From Chloroflexota bacterium (lineage in GTDB: Bacteria > Chloroflexota > UBA11872 > VXOZ01), in NCBI GenBank assembly GCA_963663275.1, contig OY760183.1, positions 2,624,001 to 2,688,000 on the forward strand: DNA of 64,000 nt, in the 5' to 3' direction. The stretch's first letter is position 1. Each line of letters begins with the position of its first letter. The position numbers and the translations under genes were made by a program. Shown here one piece after another: positions 56,875 through 64,000 of this stretch. The notes beneath the pieces are model-generated. The model was given only the letters and a program-made list of their open reading frames with translations. It searched no databases and was not told the origin of the DNA.

Positions 56875-58809
56875 TCAGTAGAGTTTCGTCAGTTCCACGC
56901 CGGTGTAGTACGTCTTCAGGATCCGGTCGTAGGTCATCCCTTGCCTGGCCAGCACCAGGGTGCTTTGCAGCGGCATGCCCACGCCGTGCCCGAGCAGCGT
57001 CGAGCCTTCGCTGGCCGGATCCGGCACGCTCACCGCCCAGGGGTAGCCGGGGCCGCCCCAGACCTCCTTCCAGGAGCGAGTCTTGCCGTCCGCCCGCGAG
57101 TAGTAGGCGGCGCGGATTACCGTGCCGTTGTAGGTCATGAACTGTCCGCGCGTCGCGTTGGCGGCCGCCTCCAGATTCTTGCCCAGCGTCTCGCGGTAAT
57201 AGCCCAGGTACCATTGGTGCGAACCCACGTACGGCGGCACGTAGGCATGGGACGCGCCGATGTCGAAGGGTTCCTTATTGCAGAGGCAGCCCAGACCCGG
57301 CCACTGCGGATTCATGTGCGAAAGCGCGTAGGTGCGGTAGGCCACGGTCGCCGCCTTCAGCCCCTCGGCCGGGAACGACTCCGGTTCCTCGCCGATCCCC
57401 TTCACGTAGTACTCCATCGGCAACTCGTTGATGGCCCACAGGCGGTCCGAGTAGTCCGAATAGCGCACTTCCACCACTCGCCGGTACTGCCGGTAGCGGG
57501 GCATGTCGAGCACGCTCAGAATAGTGTTGCCCTGCGCTTCGAAGCGCGCGAGATTGGGCACTTCCGCCACGTCGCGGCCGTCGAGCGTCAGGCGATAGCG
57601 CGACCGCGCGGGGATGTGCGTCACCGTGACAACCTGGTTGGCCGTGAATCTAAAGACCGTTCTGCTGTTTTCATCCACGGCGTGGAACGCGCCGCTACCG
57701 GAAATCCTCATGCTCTGCTCGGTCGTGGAATAGACGCCAACACGGATGATCATGCCGTCCGCGCCGGACACGACCGTCGGCGTGGGCTGCGGCCTCGCCC
57801 TTGGCGTGGGAATGGGAGTCGGCACAGGCGTCGGGCGCTGCACGACGATCACCTGCCGCGTGCCGGCCGAGGGGTCGCGCAGCGCCACCCAGCCGCGGCC
57901 TCCCTGCCACAGATCCCATTGCAGCGTGTAGGTCCCTCCTTGCGGGGGCGTGCTGAGCGTTATGTCAACATTGGCCACGCTGCCCGCGATCACCGGATGC
58001 GGCAGCGGCGTCCGCGCCGTTACCCACGCCATCGCGCCATCCATGTTGAGCAACCGGTAGCCTGGCGAGACGGCGCCCGGCCCCGTCGCCGGCCAGCGCA
58101 TGATGCCGACGTTCTGTACCGTCACCCGCAGGGGCACTTCCTGGTTCGGCAAGAGCCTGTCGGGCATTCCGACAACCCAGAAGCGGCCGCGCGGACCGAC
58201 CTTCGCCGCCAATTCTTCGCCCAGTTTGCCCAGGACGATCTGGCTGTTCGCCGGCAACTCCGGATGATACTCGAAACGCGCTCGCTGGAAGTATTGCACG
58301 GCCCTGCCGTTCTCGACTATCGCTTCGGAGATCGGATAGCCGAAGATGTCCAGGCCGCCCCGTGAGTCATAGAAGCGCAGGAACGCGCCCCGCACGACGT
58401 GTTGCGTAAGCGGAAAGTACCGTTGCGTCGGTGTCTCAGGCACGGGTGACGCCGTGGCAAAATTGCGGCCCGCGGTGAGTATGTCGCCCAGCAACCCCAG
58501 TTCTACTTCATAGGGCGTACCGGCGTGTTCGGGATGGTATTCGAAGCGCGCGCGCTGGAAGTACTGTACGGTAAACCCGTTTTCCTGGATTTCCGGCGTA
58601 ATCGGATAGCCGAATATCTCCACGCCGCCGCGCTGCTCGAAGTAGCGCTTGAAGCCGAATGAAACCGACATGCCCGTTTCAGGAAAGTATCGGGTGTGTT
58701 CGTCGGCGCGCGCCGGCTGGGGCCACCACGCGGCAATCAACGCGAGCAGGAACACCAGCCCCGCGCGGTAGGAATAACGGCGAATGGCACTTCCATCAGC
58801 GGAACGCAT
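56875..58809 (-). CDS. Secreted SpoIID/LytB-domain protein with two Chloroflexi-type repeats and an Ig-like domain
   Basis: Signal peptide; YFPETG...GG..IFGYPI...VQYFQRARFEYHPE x2; INELPMEYYVKG...LKAATVAYRTYA; GHGVGM...ILKTYYTG. Confidence 0.85.
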   Translation of the reverse strand: MRSADGSAIRRYSYRAGLVFLLALIAAWWPQPARADEHTRYFPETGMSVSFGFKRYFEQRGGVEIFGYPITPEIQENGFTVQYFQRARFEYHPEHAGTPYEVELGLLGDILTAGRNFATASPVPETPTQRYFPLTQHVVRGAFLRFYDSRGGLDIFGYPISEAIVENGRAVQYFQRARFEYHPELPANSQIVLGKLGEELAAKVGPRGRFWVVGMPDRLLPNQEVPLRVTVQNVGIMRWPATGPGAVSPGYRLLNMDGAMAWVTARTPLPHPVIAGSVANVDITLSTPPQGGTYTLQWDLWQGGRGWVALRDPSAGTRQVIVVQRPTPVPTPIPTPRARPQPTPTVVSGADGMIIRVGVYSTTEQSMRISGSGAFHAVDENSRTVFRFTANQVVTVTHIPARSRYRLTLDGRDVAEVPNLARFEAQGNTILSVLDMPRYRQYRRVVEVRYSDYSDRLWAINELPMEYYVKGIGEEPESFPAEGLKAATVAYRTYALSHMNPQWPGLGCLCNKEPFDIGASHAYVPPYVGSHQWYLGYYRETLGKNLEAAANATRGQFMTYNGTVIRAAYYSRADGKTRSWKEVWGGPGYPWAVSVPDPASEGSTLLGHGVGMPLQSTLVLARQGMTYDRILKTYYTGVELTKLY

Positions 58810-58839
58810 AGAAACTCAGCCCTTCGATGTGTAGTTCTG

Positions 58840-59616
58840 TCACTCTTCGGTTTGGGGTTTGCGCAACAGCAAGCAGACTCCGCCCGCCTTGTCCACTTCA
58901 TCAGCGGTGAGAAAGCCGTAGATCCGTGACGGCATTACGGCATTCACCCAGCCGGTAAACATCCGGCTAAACCGCTTCGTGGTCGGGCCGTGGAGGAGCG
59001 CGAACAGGAGCGGCACGCGCACGCCAAAGAACTCCCGCCTGACTATCTCCAGCCCGGTAGGCTCGATGACTCGCGCGTTCAGTGCGGCGCCGTCGTAGAT
59101 GCGCTGGAACCGCTCCTGCGCGGGACCCTCTCCCGGCGGGCGGTACGATCGACCGTATGGCAAGGTAAGCGCCAGCAGACCCCCCGGCGCGAGCGCGCGC
59201 GCCATCTCCCGCGCCACGATGCTGTCGCCGTCTTCAGGAATGTGCTCCAGCACGGAGACGGCGCACACCCGCGCAAAGTGTGCGTCCGCATACGGCAAGG
59301 CGCGGGCGTCGTGCAGCCGGGGCGTGATGTTGCGTGCCGCGCCGGTCATGGCGGCGCGGGTCGCCATCGTCGGCAGATCCATCACCAGCGGATCAAGGTC
59401 CAGCGCCGTGACCGCCGCGCCCTGCCCCGCCAGCAAGATTGTGAGCGGCGAGCGGCTTGCTCCCACGTCCAGCGCCCGGCGGCCGGCGAGCGGTTGCAGG
59501 GCATTGGCCGTCCAGGAATACTCCAAGTAGCGACACACGTCCAAACCGTAGAGATAGCGGAAGGGTTGGAGCCGCCCATGAAACCGGTAGAAATCCAGCG
59601 GGGTGATGCTCTGCAT
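58840..59616 (-). CDS. Class I SAM-dependent methyltransferase
   Basis: ALDVGAS, DARALPY, SVLEHI and LAPGG motifs; start taken at ATG 59616. Confidence 0.85.
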   Translation of the reverse strand: MQSITPLDFYRFHGRLQPFRYLYGLDVCRYLEYSWTANALQPLAGRRALDVGASRSPLTILLAGQGAAVTALDLDPLVMDLPTMATRAAMTGAARNITPRLHDARALPYADAHFARVCAVSVLEHIPEDGDSIVAREMARALAPGGLLALTLPYGRSYRPPGEGPAQERFQRIYDGAALNARVIEPTGLEIVRREFFGVRVPLLFALLHGPTTKRFSRMFTGWVNAVMPSRIYGFLTADEVDKAGGVCLLLRKPQTEE

Positions 59617-59758
59617 ACCGTAGCTTCGGCGTGGGAGAAGAATCCGCGCCATCCTACATTTCGTAGAATCGCACAGTCTCCTTAATAGGATACCACGAAC
59701 GCCATCGCCGCAACTACCACCCGGCCCCGGCCAATGAGCAACCCGCCTCATTTCTCCG

Positions 59759-59922
59759 GTAGCGCAGGTTAGTATCCTGCGTCGCTCTTCTTCAGCGCAG
59801 GTTTGCAACCTGCGTCTCTTCCCCCCGGTAGCCCAGGTTTGCAGCCTGCGTCCCTCTTCTCCGATAGCGCAGGTTTGCAACCTGCGTCTCTTCTCCCCAG
59901 CAGCCCAGGCTTGAAACCTGCG
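59759..59922. repeat. REP family B array, five units
   Basis: (GT)AGCGCAGGTTTGCAACCTGCG units separated by pyrimidine-rich linkers. Confidence 0.85.
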
Positions 59923-59962
59923 CAGCGGAAGAGCCGCCGCGGCAGGATGCCACTACACGGTC

Positions 59963-60014
59963 CGTAACACAGGTGTAGGGGCACGACATGTCGTGCCCCT
60001 ACACCTGTGTTACG
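59963..60014. repeat. Perfect 52-bp palindrome built around a GTAG REP (family C)
   Basis: CGTAACACAGGTGTAGGGGCACGACA|TGTCGTGCCCCTACACCTGTGTTACG. Confidence 0.92.
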
Positions 60015-60054
60015 AGCGGTCAATCGCATTCAATGGCGCCGGCGCATCCCGCGA

Positions 60055-61842
60055 TCACAGCGCCTCGGAGCGCGAGTCTGCTTGCTCCCGCACCCGATCG
60101 CGGAATTCCGCAATCGACACGGCGCCACGATTCTCACCCGTGCGCAAGCGCACGTTCACCGCGCCCGCCTCGATCTCCCGGTCTCCCACCACCGCCATGT
60201 ACGGTATCTTTTGCAGTTGCGCGTCGCGGATCTTGGCGTTCATCCGTTCCGAGCGGGTATCCACCTCCACGCGAACGTCCGCCTCCGCCAGCGCGTCCGC
60301 CGCTGCCTGGGCGTACTCATTGTGCCGGTCGGCAATCGGGATGATCACCGCCTGCACCGGCGCCAGCCACACCGGGAACGCGCCGCCGTAGTGTTCCAGC
60401 AGAATGCCGAAGAAACGCTCGATGGAGCCGTAGAGCGCCCGGTGGATCATGAACGGGCGGCGCGCGCCGCCGTCCTCGCCGACGTACTCCAACCCAAAGG
60501 TTTGCGGCAGCCAGAAGTCGAACTGAATCGTCGAAAGCTGCCAGGGACGGCCCAGCACGTCCACGATCTTTATGTCAACTTTCGGCCCGTAGAAGGCCGC
60601 TTCGCCCTCCATGCGCTTGTAGCGCAGGTCGAGTCCTTCCAGCGCGTCTACCAGTCCGGCCTCGGCCATCTCCCAGTCCTCCGGTTCGCCGGCGTACTTG
60701 TCGCCTTCGCCCGGCTGCCACGTGCTAAGCTCCAATTCCAGGTCCTTGAAGCCGTAGGTTTCCAGGATTTCCAGGCAGAACTTCAGCACGCGCGCCAACT
60801 CGCCGTTCATCTGATCCGGGCGGCAGAAGAGGTGGGCGTCGTCCTGCGTGAAGCCGCGCACGCGGAGCAGGCCGTGCAGCACGCCGGAACGCTCGTAACG
60901 GTAGACCGTTCCGGTCTCCGTATAGCGCAGCGGCAGGTCGCGGTAACTGCGCGTGCGGCTCTTGTAGACCTGGATGTGGAAGGGACAGTTCATCGGCTTC
61001 AGGTAGTACTGCTGCTCGTCGATCTCCACGGGCGCGTACATGTTGTCCGCGAACCAGTTCAGGTGCCCGCTGGTCTGCCACAGGCCGGCCTTGCCCACGT
61101 GCGGCGTGTAGACGAACTCATAGCCGCCGGCGCGGTGACTTTCCCGCCAGTAGTCTTCCATGATGCTGCGCACGTGCCCGCCCTTGGCGTGCCAGATCAC
61201 CAGGCCGGCGCCCACCTCGTCGGAAAAGCTGAAGAGGTCCAATTCGCGGCCCAGCCGCCGGTGGTCGCGCCGCTCCGCTTCCTCCAGGAAGTTCAGGTAC
61301 GCATCCAGTTCCTCTCTTGTCTCCCAGGCCGTGCCGTACACGCGCTGGAGTTGCCGCCGGTTTTCGTCGCCGCGCCAATACGCGCCGGCCGTGCGCAGCA
61401 GCTTGAACGCGCCCACCGCGCCGGTCGACGCCACGTGGGGGCCTTCGCACAGGTCGATGAAGTCCCCGTTCTGATAGATGCTCACGCTCTCGACCTGCGC
61501 GTCTCGCTCCAGGTCGTCGATCAACTCCACCTTGTAGGACTGTTCTTGCTCGCCAAAGAACGCCTTGGCCTCGTCCACCGGCATGGTGGAGTGGGCGAAC
61601 TTTTGGTTTCGCTTGATGATGCGCTTCATGCGCCGGTTCAATTGGTCCAGGTCTTGGGGCGTCAGCGTGCGCGGCAGGTCGAAGTCGTAGTAGAAGCCGT
61701 CGTCAATCGGCGGGCCGATGGCAAGTTTGGCCTCCGGCATGTACTCCAGCATGGCCGTCGCCAGCACGTGCGCCGCCGAGTGGCGCAGGCGCTGCAACCG
61801 CTCCGCGCGCTCTTGGTCGTCTCTGCATTCCGCTTGCGGCAT
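60055..61842 (-). CDS. thrS: Threonine--tRNA ligase (no N-terminal TGS domain)
   Basis: RHSAAH, DLCEGPH, AYWRGD, RDHRRLG, KPMNCP, RVRGFTQDDAH, GEAAFYGPK and IHRALYGSIERF motifs. Confidence 0.98.
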   Translation of the reverse strand: MPQAECRDDQERAERLQRLRHSAAHVLATAMLEYMPEAKLAIGPPIDDGFYYDFDLPRTLTPQDLDQLNRRMKRIIKRNQKFAHSTMPVDEAKAFFGEQEQSYKVELIDDLERDAQVESVSIYQNGDFIDLCEGPHVASTGAVGAFKLLRTAGAYWRGDENRRQLQRVYGTAWETREELDAYLNFLEEAERRDHRRLGRELDLFSFSDEVGAGLVIWHAKGGHVRSIMEDYWRESHRAGGYEFVYTPHVGKAGLWQTSGHLNWFADNMYAPVEIDEQQYYLKPMNCPFHIQVYKSRTRSYRDLPLRYTETGTVYRYERSGVLHGLLRVRGFTQDDAHLFCRPDQMNGELARVLKFCLEILETYGFKDLELELSTWQPGEGDKYAGEPEDWEMAEAGLVDALEGLDLRYKRMEGEAAFYGPKVDIKIVDVLGRPWQLSTIQFDFWLPQTFGLEYVGEDGGARRPFMIHRALYGSIERFFGILLEHYGGAFPVWLAPVQAVIIPIADRHNEYAQAAADALAEADVRVEVDTRSERMNAKIRDAQLQKIPYMAVVGDREIEAGAVNVRLRTGENRGAVSIAEFRDRVREQADSRSEAL

Positions 61843-61899
61843 GGATGTTTCTCCCTCAGTGATGTTTCGTTGCTTAGGTTTACCCGGTTGAAGACATAG

Positions 61900-62137
61900 A
61901 AAAAGCCTCTCGCGGCACGTATGTACGAGAGGCAGTCAATCCTATTCGAGATTTAGCCGGACCGAATCGCAATCCCCTCGTCACCCGTACTGAGAGCGCG
62001 CGGGCGCGGTGATAGGCGCAATGCATCGCCGGAAACGGATGTTTCCCCCGATACGATACACCACGCGCCATCTCCTCCGTGTAACCTGATCTAGAAATCT
62101 CGGTTCGACAGTCGCGTGCCGGTCAAACGACACACCA
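61900..62137 (-). promoter_or_regulatory. Structured thrS leader with intrinsic terminator (attenuator or independent ncRNA)
   Basis: Terminator hairpin plus T5 at 61933-61900, long upstream stems and an alternative pairing; no T-box consensus. Confidence 0.55.
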
Positions 62138-62143
62138 TCCCAC

Positions 62144-62173
62144 ATGCTACCTGAGCCGGCCCGCGGCTGTCAA
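62144..62173 (-). promoter_or_regulatory. Promoter of the thrS leader
   Basis: TTGACA-N18-TAGCAT. Confidence 0.55.
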
Positions 62174-62235
62174 AGACGCGCCCGCGCCGCCGGTCAATTC
62201 GATAGCGGGGTATTCTCGCCGGACAGCGCGGCCGC

Positions 62236-62264
62236 TTGCCGCTGTGGGCCGCAGTAGCTACAAT
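62236..62264 (+). promoter_or_regulatory. Putative larA promoter
   Basis: TTGCCG-N17-TACAAT. Confidence 0.5.
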
Positions 62265-62315
62265 TGCGCTCAGACGGTCTGATTTCATGCCAGGCGCAGC
62301 GAAAGAGTACGTACG

Positions 62316-63599
62316 ATGCAGGTTGACCTCGCCTACGGGCGCGCGGGACTGACTATCACGCTGCCCGATGCAAACGTGGACGTTGTGGAGCCGGTCGATC
62401 TGCCGGGAGTGGCGGATTCCGCTCACGCCCTGCGCGCGGCGTTGCGCGCTCCGCTGGGAACGAGGCCGCTGCGCGAGCTGGCGAACGCGGACGACACCGT
62501 GGCCATCGTCTTCTGCGACATTACACGCCCGGCGCCCAATCACCTCATGCTGCCGGCGATTTTGGCCGAACTCGCGCACGTGCCCCGCGCGAACTTCGTC
62601 CTCATCAACGCCACCGGCATGCACCGCCCCAATACCAACGAAGAGTTGCGCGGTATGCTCGGCGACGACATTGTGGCGAACTACCGCATCGTCAACCACG
62701 ACTCAACCGATCGGTCGCAGTTGCGCCACCTGGGAGAGACGTCTTCCGGCGGGCCGGTCTGGGTCAATACCCACTACCTGGACGCCACGGTCAAGATTCT
62801 CACCGGCTTCATCGAGCCGCACTTCTTCGCCGGCTTCAGCGGGGGCGCCAAGCTCATCCTGCCCGGCATCGCCGGCGCCGACTCGGTGATGCACAACCAC
62901 AATGCGGCCATGATCGGGCATCCCAACGCCACGTGGGGGCGGCTGGAGGACAATCCCATTCACCGCGAGCAGCGCGAAGCGGCGGCGCTTTGCCCGCCCG
63001 ACCTCAGCCTCAACGTGACGATCAACAAGCGCAAAGAGATCACGGGCGTCTTTGCCGGGGAGATGCTGCAAGCCCACAGCGCCGGCTGCGACTTTGCCCG
63101 CCGCTCCGTCATGCGCGCCGTGCCGGAACCGTACGACATCGTGGTAACGACGAATAGCGGCTATCCGCTGGATCTGAATCTCTACCAGGCCGTGAAAGGC
63201 ATGTCCGCCGCGTACCAGGTGGTCAGGCCGGGCGGCGCCATCGTCATCGCCGCCGAGTGCTCCGAGGGCATTGGACACGGGCACTTTCAGGAGTTGCTGC
63301 GGGAACGCGAGACGCCGGCCGCCCTGCTGGACCTCATCAACAGCCCCGGATTCTCGCAGTTCGATCAGTGGGAAGCCCAAATCCTGGCGCAGATCCTGCT
63401 GAAGGCCGAAGTCCACCTCTACGCGGAGAATCTCTCCGACGCCGCCATGCGGGACGCGCATCTCACGCCCTGCCGCTCGATTGAGGACACGGTAGCGGCG
63501 CTGCGGGGCACGTTTGGGCCGGACGCCCGCATCTGCGTGCTGCCGATGGGGCCGCTGACCATTCCGTACGTCGAGGAACCGGCGGCGGCGCTCGTGTAG
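62316..63599 (+). CDS. larA: Nickel-pincer-dependent lactate racemase family protein
   Basis: DITRPAP, ATGMHR, EPHFFAGFSGGAK.ILPG, GYPLDLNLYQAVKG and DQW motifs. Confidence 0.92.
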   Translation: MQVDLAYGRAGLTITLPDANVDVVEPVDLPGVADSAHALRAALRAPLGTRPLRELANADDTVAIVFCDITRPAPNHLMLPAILAELAHVPRANFVLINATGMHRPNTNEELRGMLGDDIVANYRIVNHDSTDRSQLRHLGETSSGGPVWVNTHYLDATVKILTGFIEPHFFAGFSGGAKLILPGIAGADSVMHNHNAAMIGHPNATWGRLEDNPIHREQREAAALCPPDLSLNVTINKRKEITGVFAGEMLQAHSAGCDFARRSVMRAVPEPYDIVVTTNSGYPLDLNLYQAVKGMSAAYQVVRPGGAIVIAAECSEGIGHGHFQELLRERETPAALLDLINSPGFSQFDQWEAQILAQILLKAEVHLYAENLSDAAMRDAHLTPCRSIEDTVAALRGTFGPDARICVLPMGPLTIPYVEEPAAALV

Positions 63600-63610
63600 C
63601 GCGCCAGGTC

Positions 63611-64000
63611 TTACAATCTCCGGCTCTTGCCGCTGTACCCTTCCGAGGGGATGATCGTAGACGGCGGCGCGAGGCGCAAGCCCGGATCCACGTCCAGATC
63701 CATGCCGGAAACCAGCCCCTGCTGGAGGCGGTAGTAACCGCAAGCGCCAATCATGGCGGCGTTGTCCGTGCAAAAGGCCAGGTCCGGTATGCGCACCGGC
63801 ACCGGCGCGTGGGCCGTAATCTCCTCGCGTAGGAGGCTGTTGGCGGCCACGCCGCCCACCACCAGAATCATCTCCACCTTGAATTCCCGCGCCGCTTCCA
63901 CCGTCTTGGCGACCAGCACGTCCGCGACGGATTGCTGAAAACTGGCCGCGACCTGGGCCACGTAGAGCGGCACGTCCATGCCGACCATGCCGCCTGGGGG
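63611..64000 (-). CDS. tsaD: tRNA threonylcarbamoyltransferase TsaD, 3' part (runs off the window)
   Basis: AASFQ, GGVAANSLLR and CTDNAAMIG motifs. Confidence 0.92.
   Translation of the reverse strand, partial: PPGGMVGMDVPLYVAQVAASFQQSVADVLVAKTVEAAREFKVEMILVVGGVAANSLLREEITAHAPVPVRIPDLAFCTDNAAMIGACGYYRLQQGLVSGMDLDVDPGLRLAPPSTIIPSEGYSGKSRRL

Noticed and set aside
59759-59922. CRISPR array
   Set aside because: Linkers are only about 10-15 bp, pyrimidine-rich and similar to each other; the unit is REP family B.
61880-62071. Leader peptide or canonical T-box for thrS
   Set aside because: The ORFs have no Thr codon cluster and the UGGN antiterminator bulge is missing.

Overview
GC-rich bacterial chromosome segment, probably from a Chloroflexota member. 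This is inferred from Chloroflexi-type YFPETG/GYPI surface repeats, an alternative complex III (Act) operon, a GlmL-like orphan pair, a PaREP1 protein and an unlinked rRNA operon. Most of the window is housekeeping: xerC/D-type recombinase, a 23S-5S rRNA unit with its own promoter and no 16S, the tRNA-Gly, tig, rsgA, gmk, priA, def, fmt, ycf45-like, pgi/pmi run, mreBCD-mrdA-rodA, gltX, tRNA-Ser, thrS, larA, partial tsaD, several catabolic enzymes and an eight-gene ACIII operon. The intergenic space holds at least six REP-like repeat families. The most notable items are: (1) a small accessory islet downstream of the 5S gene (Smr nuclease coupled to a HicB antitoxin with no HicA, an amber-interrupted antitoxin, a low-GC DUF1998 helicase and a YprB-like exonuclease); (2) a 150-165 bp MITE in three copies, each inserted inside a REP hairpin; (3) two unexplained structured RNAs (the thrS leader, which has no T-box signature, and a multi-stem element in front of tRNA-Ser); (4) PriA with all key helicase motifs degenerate; (5) an orphan GlmL-like actin-fold protein plus barrel-sandwich partner; (6) an expanded helix 25 in the 23S rRNA. 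All calls come from reading motifs by eye. No searches or folding programs were run, and GC figures are rough visual estimates.
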